Positions 18,516 to 27,445 of a stretch of 64,000 bases of DNA are shown one piece after another (positions within the stretch are counted from its first letter, which is position 1; the number at the start of each line of letters is the position of its first letter). Below the pieces are notes generated by a model that saw nothing but the letters and a program-made list of their open reading frames with translations, made no database searches and was not told the DNA's origin. Position numbers and translations under genes: made by a program. Location of the stretch: contig JALVZQ010000005.1 of assembly GCA_027037535.1 (NCBI GenBank), forward strand, positions 242,686 to 306,685, written 5' to 3'. Source of the stretch: Acidilobaceae archaeon. Its GTDB lineage: Archaea > Thermoproteota > Thermoprotei_A > Sulfolobales > Acidilobaceae.

Positions 18516-20672
18516 TTGAGACCGCTGACAAGAAAAATAATGAGACTACTAGGATATACCTCCCTCTATCCTCCCCAAAAACAAGCATTAGAGTACGGAA
18601 TTGAATACGGTAAAAACCTACTAGTAGCTACACCGACCGCCTCAGGGAAAACGTTCATAGCAGCAGCCGCGATAACAAATAATTTAAACGACAATGGAGG
18701 AATCGCAGTATATCTCGCCCCGCTACGCAGCATTGCAATGGAGAAATATACCTACTTCAAACACCTAGAAGAACTAGGGCTAAAGACCCGAATTCTAATC
18801 GGGGACCTTGCACTCGGCGCCCTCGATTTCGACGTCTTAATCACTACATATGAGAAGTTTGATGCTGTTCTAAGAAACAATCCTAAGCTCTTAGACAGAA
18901 CAAGTATAGTAGTAATCGACGAGATACACTATGTAGGAGACCCTAAGCGGGGAACCACGCTTGAATCTATTATAGCTAGGATCCTCTCGGATAAACCCAA
19001 TGTTCAATTAATAGCATTAAGTGCTACCGTAGAAAACGTAGAAGAAATAGCCGAATGGCTCAATACGGGCTACTTGACAAGTAGCTGGCGGCCCGTACCT
19101 CTTAAACAGGCTGTATTCAAGAACTACAACTTGTTCTATGAAGATGGATTAGTCGAGGAAGTGGACAAGGTTACAGGAGTAGAGTATCTTGACACTGCTA
19201 TCCGTACTGTCAGGGCCGGTGGACAAGTACTAGTATTTAGTCAAAGTCGCCGGCGCACGGTTGCACTAGCCAAAAGGACGGCGAGGCATAGAAAACATCT
19301 TAGATACGACCATGCTCTTGCAAAAAAGTATGCTAGAAAACTACTCGAGACCAGTGGTCCTACTAGCATAATAGAGGAGCTGGCCGATCTTATGGCTAGA
19401 GGAGTAGCGTATCATCACGCCGGCCTCTCCTCGGCGCAGAGACAAATAATAGAGGAGGGCTTTAGGGAAGGAGCTATAGCTATCATTCACGCGACGCCAA
19501 CACTAGCCGCCGGTGTAAACTTGCCTGCGCGAACCGTCATAATAGAAGAATACTATCGCTATGAGCAGGGATTAAGGAGGCCCATCCAAATATTCGAGTA
19601 TAAGCAGTTGGCTGGCAGGGCCGGAAGACCTGGATACGATGAAGTGGGAGAAGCAATTATCATTGCTTCTAGAAATGACAGTGTAGAAGAACTATCTACT
19701 ATCTATATTAGCTCGAATCCTGAGCCTGTTACAAGCAAGCTCGAGGGACTTAGTGGGCTGAGACACCTTATACTTGGACTAGTGTCTAGTACTGGAACCG
19801 GCACAAGAGAACGACTAGAACAATATCTCTCGAAAACCCTGTATGCCAAGCAGAGAGATCTCAGCTATCTAGCCCATTTAATCGACAAATCCCTTAGAGA
19901 TCTCCAGTCATGGAATCTAATCGATATGTCCTGTACCAGTGAGGACAATTGTGAAATCATGGCTACACCGCTAGGAATAGAGCTCTCAAAGACATATCTG
20001 GACCCGTTAAGCATACCCATACTCCACCAGATACTGGGTACGGCGAGGAGAATCTCGGATGATATACTATTATACACTATTTCGGCAATGCCGGATATGA
20101 CAACCCTGCCTGTCTCTAAGCGGGAAGCCGAAAAACTCCTCGACAAGATCATCGATGAAGCCGAAGACCTAATAGATGTCATTACATGGTTCGGACCTCA
20201 AGAATCACGTTCAACAAAGATATTCTTTGTACTCAAGGCATGGATAGAAGAGCAAAACGAAGACTACATCTACAAGGAATACGGGGTAGGATCAGGAGAC
20301 TTATACAATATTGTCGAGACAGCGAACTGGATCGCGAACAGCATAGCACGGATCACCAAATTCCTCCCAGAAGCACATGGCCTAGAGCCTAGATATAGAA
20401 GCCTAGAAACACGGATAAAATATGGAGTTAAGCCAGAACTGCTCCCACTCGTGATAATACCGGGTATAGGGAGGATCAGGGCTAGGAGACTGTATGACGC
20501 CGGGTTCAGGAACCTAACAGATCTCGCCACAGCCCCAGTAGAAAAACTTCTATCAATTAAGGGTCTCGGACCAACAGTAGTAAAAGACCTACTAGAGTTC
20601 CTGGGGAGAGAAACAGAAGCGAAAACTATCACGTCCCGAAGCAAAAGAAGCCTTGAAGATTATCTAGAGTGA
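18516..20672 (+). CDS. hel308: Ski2-type DNA helicase Hel308/Hjm
   Basis: PTASGKT, VIDEIHY, SATV, QLAGRAGRPG, and C-terminal HhH IPGIGRIRARRLYDAGF..IKGLGPTV. Confidence 0.85.
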   Translation: MRPLTRKIMRLLGYTSLYPPQKQALEYGIEYGKNLLVATPTASGKTFIAAAAITNNLNDNGGIAVYLAPLRSIAMEKYTYFKHLEELGLKTRILIGDLALGALDFDVLITTYEKFDAVLRNNPKLLDRTSIVVIDEIHYVGDPKRGTTLESIIARILSDKPNVQLIALSATVENVEEIAEWLNTGYLTSSWRPVPLKQAVFKNYNLFYEDGLVEEVDKVTGVEYLDTAIRTVRAGGQVLVFSQSRRRTVALAKRTARHRKHLRYDHALAKKYARKLLETSGPTSIIEELADLMARGVAYHHAGLSSAQRQIIEEGFREGAIAIIHATPTLAAGVNLPARTVIIEEYYRYEQGLRRPIQIFEYKQLAGRAGRPGYDEVGEAIIIASRNDSVEELSTIYISSNPEPVTSKLEGLSGLRHLILGLVSSTGTGTRERLEQYLSKTLYAKQRDLSYLAHLIDKSLRDLQSWNLIDMSCTSEDNCEIMATPLGIELSKTYLDPLSIPILHQILGTARRISDDILLYTISAMPDMTTLPVSKREAEKLLDKIIDEAEDLIDVITWFGPQESRSTKIFFVLKAWIEEQNEDYIYKEYGVGSGDLYNIVETANWIANSIARITKFLPEAHGLEPRYRSLETRIKYGVKPELLPLVIIPGIGRIRARRLYDAGFRNLTDLATAPVEKLLSIKGLGPTVVKDLLEFLGRETEAKTITSRSKRSLEDYLE

Positions 20673-21764
20673 TTGCTCTGTCACAGCTACTCCCCACTGC
20701 TCTATGAATCTCATAACATAACGAGCATTCTCATCGTTCAACGCTATATGCTCCGGGAACACCAGTCCTTTAGGCAGACGACCTTCGGATAAGAGCACAG
20801 CGGAAGCTACCTCGAACGCGGATGTCGCTATACTCATTGCACTCCACTCGTCTTTTGGCTCAACGATTACCTCATATCTCACACCGTTCCCCCTGCTTCC
20901 TACTTCCACGACAAGCACTACGAGGTCCTCGATACCCTTTAGCTCGTGCTCGAGAAGGCGTGCCAGACACGATCTAGGCCTCACAGGGCATCCATTCACG
21001 TTCAAATTGAAGTCCGACAAGAAACCTATAGACTTGAGTTTCTTGACGAAATCTAGGTGTCCTGGCCACCGCAAGGTATACTCTATCATCTCATCCATGT
21101 CGGGGAAAGTAAACAGGAGTGTTCTAAGCCCGTCTGTAGGGAAATACTCTAGTTTCCCAATATAAGATACCGTTATTGTCCCAGTCTCCGACTCTAGGGG
21201 ATCAACCGTTACAATTTCCCTGTTCCGTATTAGTCTCGCTGGACGAAGATACTCTTCTAGTAGATCCTCCATGCTCCATGTTGGAGCCAGTCCTAGGGGA
21301 GGGCTCGGTTTTCTACTGATCCCGCCTACATATATTATTGCTCTCTTTGAATCATAGAGTTTCACTCCTCTTCCCACTAGGAAGTTTGAGAGTCCTGGGG
21401 CTATACCTGCGTCGACAACCACTGTGTTGTTGCTTTTTTCTATTTCTTCTACGAGGCCGAGGGGATCCTCGGGGAAGAATGATACATCTACTATATTGTA
21501 TCCTTCTTTTATCAGGAACTCTAGGGCTCTATATCCTATTGCTCCTGGTAACGCTACCACGACCACGTCCGGGTCCCCGTGTTTCCGTAGAAGTTTATGG
21601 CTAGAGAAGAGATCACCAGTGTATGCTTCAAGACCTAGACTACGTGCTTTTTCCACGCTCTCAAGCGTGCTCCCTATTCCGAAGACCTCGTGGCCGAGGC
21701 GGTCAAGCATCCATAGAACTCTTAGTCCTATGCGTCCAAGACCGACCACTACGAATCTTGCCAT
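20664..21764 (-). CDS. saccharopine dehydrogenase-family NAD(P)-binding protein
   Basis: Rossmann start VVVGLGRIG and length/layout of the saccharopine dehydrogenase family. Specific function unknown. Confidence 0.55.
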   Translation of the reverse strand: MARFVVVGLGRIGLRVLWMLDRLGHEVFGIGSTLESVEKARSLGLEAYTGDLFSSHKLLRKHGDPDVVVVALPGAIGYRALEFLIKEGYNIVDVSFFPEDPLGLVEEIEKSNNTVVVDAGIAPGLSNFLVGRGVKLYDSKRAIIYVGGISRKPSPPLGLAPTWSMEDLLEEYLRPARLIRNREIVTVDPLESETGTITVSYIGKLEYFPTDGLRTLLFTFPDMDEMIEYTLRWPGHLDFVKKLKSIGFLSDFNLNVNGCPVRPRSCLARLLEHELKGIEDLVVLVVEVGSRGNGVRYEVIVEPKDEWSAMSIATSAFEVASAVLLSEGRLPKGLVFPEHIALNDENARYVMRFIEQWGVAVTEQSL

Positions 21765-21783
21765 TTACAGGACACCTCGCGGC

Positions 21784-21869
21784 CCCATGGAGGAAGGGTG
21801 AGGTGTTCCGGCTCTCCACATGTTACGATTCAGGAGACTCTCTTGCTCCGCATCCCCTTCCTCCATGGG
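21784..21869. repeat. perfect 15-bp inverted repeat (CCCATGGAGGAAGGG / CCCTTCCTCCATGGG) enclosing 56 nt
   Basis: Read directly; the arms are 21784-21798 and 21855-21869. Lies between the ZIP gene stop and the start of the 20664-21764 gene. Confidence 0.8.
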
Positions 21870-21934
21870 TGCTCCCACTAATAGTATTAGGATATTTGGA
21901 AATCTAAAGTCTTAATTGTTTACCATAAGGTAAC

Positions 21935-22732
21935 CTAGCCTAGTACAGTGTCTAATATTAGCATTATGATGAATCCTATTATGAATCCTACACTTGCCCA
22001 ATCCTCATGGCCATGCCTATGAGTCTCCGGGATTACTTCGCTGCTCACAACATAGATCATGGCGCCACCAGCAAACCCCAGCATGTATGGCAAAACACTG
22101 TAAGCCATGTCGGTTAATGCAACCGGTATAACAGCCATGAACAACTCTACTGCGCCACTAAGAAACGCGATACTAAGCGCTCTAACCCGCGGCATACCCA
22201 TACCAACCAGGGGGGCTGCAACAGCAAAGCCCTCCGGCATATCCTGTAAGCCTATGGCAAAGGCCAGCAGAAGGCCATCCCTTGGATTATAAGCAATACC
22301 GCTACCTACCGCGAGGCCCTCCGGAAAATTATGAATAATAATGGCTATGACGAGGAGCCAGACAGCCTTCATCCTCCTCTTCAGAGACTCAGGGCCCTCA
22401 AAACCCTTAACAAAATGCTCATGTGGAAGCAATTTATTAGCAAGCGCTACTATAAATGAGCCAAGTATAAATCCAGCGACAACACTAAATACGCCTCCCA
22501 ACTCGATCCCAGGAAGTATCAAGCTAGTGAATCCTGCTACGATCATTATACCTGCCGAGAAGCCTAGGCCGATATCAAGCATCTTTTGAGATATCATTGT
22601 ACCTAGTAAAGCCGGCAAAGCACCTATAAAAGTCAGCAAAAAACATATCCCTCCACCTATAAGAGCCAAAACATACCTATTATCTCCGGCAACACCTAGT
22701 AAATAATCGACTAATCCTTCCAATCCCATCAT
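21935..22732 (-). CDS. zupT: ZIP-family divalent metal transporter
   Basis: Multi-TM protein with HNFPEGLAVG and LQDMPEGFAV signatures. Confidence 0.85.
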   Translation of the reverse strand: MMGLEGLVDYLLGVAGDNRYVLALIGGGICFLLTFIGALPALLGTMISQKMLDIGLGFSAGIMIVAGFTSLILPGIELGGVFSVVAGFILGSFIVALANKLLPHEHFVKGFEGPESLKRRMKAVWLLVIAIIIHNFPEGLAVGSGIAYNPRDGLLLAFAIGLQDMPEGFAVAAPLVGMGMPRVRALSIAFLSGAVELFMAVIPVALTDMAYSVLPYMLGFAGGAMIYVVSSEVIPETHRHGHEDWASVGFIIGFIIMLILDTVLG

Positions 22733-22810
22733 TACTCATCTTTCCCCAGCAAATCCACCATATATTAAAATATTAAAACTACGATCCAGTCTCGGAACTA
22801 GATCAGCACA

Positions 22811-23395
22811 TTGATCTATGTTAACCACATGCGCCAAATAGTAATATCGTGCATGTTTATACTACCCTTATCAAGCTACATGTATCGAGAACCACAAGGA
22901 CAACGAGACAAACAGAGGAAAAAAGAAATGCCACAGGACAACTCGATATCAGAAGCATTAGAAATAGCCAGAGAAAAACTACTATTAGAATCATTTAACA
23001 AAAAGAGAAAACTCAAAGAATGTTGTAGTATACCAAGAAAAGAACCACTACAAGCTACAACGCTAGAAGAACTAGACAAAATACTAAAATCATGTAAACT
23101 CGCACTAATCTTCTTCACATCACCCACATGCCCCTACTGTAGAATGTTCGAACCAGTCTTCGAAGAAACAGCAAGCCTCCTAGGAGACAGAATGGCGTTC
23201 ATAAGGATAGACACCTATTACAGCCATGAGCTAGCATACATATTCGGAATAATGGGGACACCGACAATAATAGCCGTCCGCAGAGGCAAAGAAATAGACA
23301 GAATAGTAGGACTACCACCAATAGAGTATATTGAAGAAGTCCTAGAAAATATGTTAGAGTTAGAGAATTGCCCGATACCAGAAGCAGAAACTTAA
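22811..23395 (+). CDS. thioredoxin-fold protein (CPYC)
   Basis: FFTSPTCPYCRMFEPVFEE active-site context. The true start is probably an internal Met. Confidence 0.7.
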   Translation: MIYVNHMRQIVISCMFILPLSSYMYREPQGQRDKQRKKEMPQDNSISEALEIAREKLLLESFNKKRKLKECCSIPRKEPLQATTLEELDKILKSCKLALIFFTSPTCPYCRMFEPVFEETASLLGDRMAFIRIDTYYSHELAYIFGIMGTPTIIAVRRGKEIDRIVGLPPIEYIEEVLENMLELENCPIPEAET

Positions 23396-23509
23396 CATTT
23401 TGTTATATTTTACTAAATTATAACTATTAAATTTTAAAATTAATCTACTATTTAAGAAAAGATTTTATATAGCTATTATTATTATATACTATCTCATCGG
23501 GAGAACATT

Positions 23510-23914
23510 ATGAAATTAAACTTATTTAATATACTAAAAAAGCTTAATAATACACTTTTTCTTAATTATAATAGAAATCTTATACTCTTCTTAATAATTA
23601 TAATCTTTATTCTTGTTATACCACTATTGTATGTAGATAATTTACAACAACATATAGCAATAGTTTCAATAACTCTTTTCTTTGTAACAATAGGTGCATA
23701 TCTATCGGGCACGGATAGCGGTGGAGAGGATGAATTCGTAGCATACGGATTTTTTGCGTCATTAATTGTAATAATTTACGTTGCCTCCAAGCTACATTTG
23801 AACATAAAGTATACCGTAGCATATTATGTGTTATCATTCCTCTTAATTATACTGTATCTAATATTTAGACAAAAACCGAAAACTAATGAATCCTGTAATC
23901 ACGCAGCTTCTTAA
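23510..23914 (+). CDS. hypothetical membrane protein in AT-rich DNA
   Basis: 134 aa with about four hydrophobic segments. Lies in a visibly AT-rich stretch next to the island. Confidence 0.35.
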   Translation: MKLNLFNILKKLNNTLFLNYNRNLILFLIIIIFILVIPLLYVDNLQQHIAIVSITLFFVTIGAYLSGTDSGGEDEFVAYGFFASLIVIIYVASKLHLNIKYTVAYYVLSFLLIILYLIFRQKPKTNESCNHAAS

Positions 23915-24048
23915 TATCGAGTATTCCGGAGAAGCCATAGTTTCGTAGAATAACTAGGGCTTCAAGAATTCTACCTTTAAAGGGGCTCATCGAGCTCGTT
24001 GAGTTGCTTTAAAGCCTTTTTAATAAGACTAATGCTATACCTTGTCAT
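23883..24048 (-). pseudogene. RelE/ParE-like toxin remnant (frameshifted and C-terminally truncated)
   Basis: Hand translation: MTRYSISLIKKALKQLNELDEPL then a stop. One frame over it continues FKGRILEALVILRNYGFSGILDIKKLRDYRIH then a stop. The ATG overlaps the stop of the upstream small gene (ATGA). Confidence 0.4.
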
Positions 24049-24257
24049 TTTAGCCTCCTAGGGACGTCCTCTAAATCAACAAGCTCCACTTTTCCTTTCA
24101 CTTTCTCATACTCGTACTCTCTTATCGCTTTAGCCTCGTCTGGTAAGGGTTCTTCAATGCCAATCAGTCGCTCTTCTAATAGGGCCTCAATACGCTCTAG
24201 TATACTCCTTAGCTCACGTAACTCGTTATATAATAATTTCTCTTTATTTACAGTCAA
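24045..24257 (-). CDS. putative antitoxin (small helical protein) coupled to the relE-like remnant
   Basis: 70 aa, charged and helical. Its stop overlaps the start of the toxin remnant by ATGA. Confidence 0.45.
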   Translation of the reverse strand: MTVNKEKLLYNELRELRSILERIEALLEERLIGIEEPLPDEAKAIREYEYEKVKGKVELVDLEDVPRRLK

Positions 24258-24362
24258 TAGTTGTCTCCTTCTTCAAGAATAGCTGGGTACTCGAAGTTCT
24301 TAATCTTTTACCGCCCTTGACAACCGAAGAAGCAGATAACGTAGATTAGAGTTAATGTTTAA

Positions 24363-24520
24363 TGGTGGGCCCACGGGGATTTGAACTCCGGACCTCCACC
24401 AAGCGAGAACACAACCATATGCAACAAAGCATACAATTGATATGCATGTAATCCAAAATCGTATATAGAATGGATATCAACGATGATATTAATCATCGCC
24501 AGATATGCATTAAAGGAAGA
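24363..24520 (-). repeat. att-like repeat copy 1: 45-nt tRNA-Val 3'-half remnant plus conserved module
   Basis: TGGTGGGCCCACGGGGATTTGAACTCCGGACCTCCACCAAGCGAG then AACACAACCATATGCA..GATATGCATGTAATCCAAAA..ATGGATATCAACGATGATATTAAT. Confidence 0.75.
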
Positions 24521-26339
24521 GAGATTATAAGGGCTGTATTAAGGGACTATTTTAATGGAGAAGCGGTATTGGATATGGACAGCTTTTATATCAGGTGGGT
24601 ATTGAGAATTATGCAACCAATACGTAAATTATATGGAGCAATAGTATTTTCTAGAAACGTTGATACTAAAATTAATGAATTTGGAAAGAAATTACATAAT
24701 GAGTTAAAATTACCATACTATGAATTTAAGCTAAATTACAAAGATAAAATTTCATTATTTATAAAATACATTAGGGATAAACATAGTTTAGGTTATACTG
24801 ATTTAATTAATATATATTTAGATAAAATTATAAAAAAGTTTTTAGAAATAAATAATTTAGACTATTCAAAGGATACTTTAAAGCTACTTATTATTGTCAG
24901 TTATAGAGAGGATGTAAAATTTCGTATGGGTAAGACAATTATTGATATTGATACCGAACCCTATTTGAGAATTCTTGAGCAAATTAAAAATAATGCTCCG
25001 GAAAAGAATTTACTCGCCTCTTTATATAATGTTTTCAACAGTGATATTGTTAAAAAAAGACCTCCTAGATTTATTTAAAAAAGCAGAGGAGATATCGAAT
25101 GAAATAAATGCTGATGTTTTTCTAGAAGCTATCGAAAGCACTATTAAACATAGTAACTTATCTCCTTCATTTTTCATTAAAATATATAATGAAATTATTA
25201 AAAATGTAGGACAAAAAGAAAAAATAACCAAAGCATTAGATAAAATAGAACAACGCCTTCGCACAATGGGTTCACGAAAAGTTGATATTGATAGATTATT
25301 AGTGTTAATAAACAATTTAAAAAGAGAATTTCGACCTTATAGGAATCTATATTTACTCTTGTTAATAGTGAGAGAGCGTATGTACAATATAATTAAATCC
25401 CACAAAGAATTATTTATAGAAGAGGTCTCAGAAAGAAGCAGTAAACTAAAAATCAAACCAAAAACAAAATTATCAATCTCTAAATTAAGAGAAATTGAGA
25501 ATAAATTATTTGGTCTCAATCATAAATTTCATATAATTAAAACAATAGATGCTGTTGTCTGGCCTTTGGGGATATTGCTAAGAGTAAATGGTTGGAGTAG
25601 AATAGGCATTATATATTTGATAGAAGCTGACACTAAAAACACAGAAACTCTATGGGAAGCCTTTGTAAACGAGATTTTAGCTGAAAACGCTAGAAAAATA
25701 GCTTATTCCGGAATAATAATTCCTATTTCTCCTAGACAATCTTTTATTTACAAAGATAATTCAACAGAGTCACCTCTCAATCCTAAGCAATCATATCACA
25801 GAAGAACATCTGGAGAAGAAACACAAGATGGCAACAGAGCAAAAAGATATCTTGAATATGTGGAGATAAGTAAAAATACAGGAAAAAGTGAAGTTCTAAA
25901 CTTAATAGAGAGATTATTTAATTTTATAGATAAAGCAAAACATTATGAATTACAATGGTCGAAAGACGATATGATTAAGTTTAGTGACTTTTTAAGATAT
26001 CAATTAAGGCTTTCTGATTTAATTACTACATTTCCTCTAACAAAAGATATATCATTAAAAATAAACAAATTAGAAAAAGAAATAATTAAAAAATTAAATC
26101 AAGAGTTCCCTGAAATACAACTAGAACGACCTCTTGATATATGGATATTATATGAGCATGAAAATCTTAGAAGAAAAGCTATTGACATAATTAGTTCATA
26201 TCTTTCTGAAATAACCAGTGAACCGGAAACCCTGGCTCAAGATATACTTGAAACGGCGTATATTCTAAGCGTTCTGGGTCCTTATATCCAGCAAGGTCAC
26301 CTACGCAAATATGTTTTAGAGGAACAACTTAATTCATAA
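24470..26339 (+). CDS. AT-rich orphan gene, two overlapping ORFs (202 + 454 aa) joinable by a +1 shift at an A7 run (25052-25058)
   Basis: Frame A reads ..SDIVKKRPPRFI then a stop. Frame B reads ..LLKKDLLDLFKKAEE through the same A7 run. No family recognised. The first ~15 codons (MDINDDINHRQIC) are echoed in repeat copies 3 and 4. Confidence 0.5.
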
Positions 26340-26558
26340 ATTGGGTGAAACCTTGTCATGCCTTATTTCTCAGTTATTTGATTATTTTCTTAAAACGGGG
26401 TTACTATTGGGTGTTAAACCACTCTCCTCTTCTGGTTATGCATGGGAGATTTCTGACCCGCGCATGAAGGTTGTTTTTTATAGCTATACTAACTCTCGCA
26501 ATATAATAGGATAGTTGAGGAGTTTCTGTATGGGTAGCCTAAACCAGACATATGGGAA

Positions 26559-26948
26559 GTGATACCGTTTGCTAAGCTATTAGGTGAGGTAGAAGTACCA
26601 GTCCCGCATTTATCGTATCGCAATCTAGAGCTTCCACCTTTTACAGAAGAACCGCTAGTATTGGTCTTTGTGGATTGGGACCTGTACAGCTATAGTAGAA
26701 TGAGTTCTGCCCGTAGAGCTCTGAGACGACGCATTGAACCATACGTAGACAAGATAAGAGATGATTACTTAAACCTGCTTATTATCGATATTAGAAGAGG
26801 AGTAGAAGAGGCTCTAGGAGAAATATTGAGTGGCTTGGTTTTCGGTCTCTCAGTTTCATCGTTAATATTAATGGGAATACCGGGCTATCGTGTCTATCTA
26901 CAGGTTAAATTTCTCGACTCTAGTTCCAGGGAAATCGTTCCTTCTTGA
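26559..26948 (+). CDS. hypothetical protein, convergent with the defence operon
   Basis: 129-aa ORF with one C-terminal hydrophobic segment. Overlaps the 3' end of 26920-27438 by 29 nt. Confidence 0.3.
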   Translation: MIPFAKLLGEVEVPVPHLSYRNLELPPFTEEPLVLVFVDWDLYSYSRMSSARRALRRRIEPYVDKIRDDYLNLLIIDIRRGVEEALGEILSGLVFGLSVSSLILMGIPGYRVYLQVKFLDSSSREIVPS

Positions 26949-27438
26949 GGCCTATGTACGTCTTCTCGATAGACTTTACAAATTGTTTAAGGGTAGATGA
27001 CATTATATCTAGTACTGGAGGTGCTATGGTTGTATTTCTCTTAGTTGGTGTGGTTAGCGATTTTGAGAGTTCTAGTGTTATATCAAGCATACCAGCTAAA
27101 GCTGAGGCTATTCCAGGATATTCTTCTTCTAATAGTCTCTCAAGAAACTTATGCCATCTATTATAATTCCTTGCCCGTCTTAGAAGTATAAGATAAGCTC
27201 CTACTAAGGAGCCTAGGTCTTCACGTATTGTATAAGTTCTTCTTTTCTCTGTCACTTCTACTGGTATAACTGCACCATACTTTGAGAGAGTCGTTAGTAG
27301 ATTGTTGAAGATCTCATCCACATACTTCCCCTTTAGTCTAATAATTGTTGATTCCTTAGTTGTACCTCCTATGCTGAAGAATAGTTCCGGCTTCTTCGAA
27401 TACTTCCTGTAAGTTAAATAGAATGCATAGCCTTCCAT
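26920..27438 (-). CDS. hypothetical 172-aa protein, last gene of the BREX-like operon
   Basis: Starts 7 nt after the PglZ-like stop. No motif recognised. Confidence 0.5.
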   Translation of the reverse strand: MEGYAFYLTYRKYSKKPELFFSIGGTTKESTIIRLKGKYVDEIFNNLLTTLSKYGAVIPVEVTEKRRTYTIREDLGSLVGAYLILLRRARNYNRWHKFLERLLEEEYPGIASALAGMLDITLELSKSLTTPTKRNTTIAPPVLDIMSSTLKQFVKSIEKTYIGLKKERFPWN

Positions 27439-27445
27439 AATCGAG

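Noticed and set aside
24363-24470. Possibility that the att copies carry a split SSV-type integrase (Int(N) fragment) reading through the tRNA-derived core
   Set aside because: Short frames do cross the cores, for example VGPRGFELRTSTKREHNHMQQSIQLICM on plus and MHINCMLCCIWLCSRLVE.. on minus. The reading frame is not preserved between the four copies: copy 3 hits stops and copy 4 uses another frame. No tyrosine-recombinase C-terminal part (R..HxxR..Y) was seen at the opposite ends of the cassettes.
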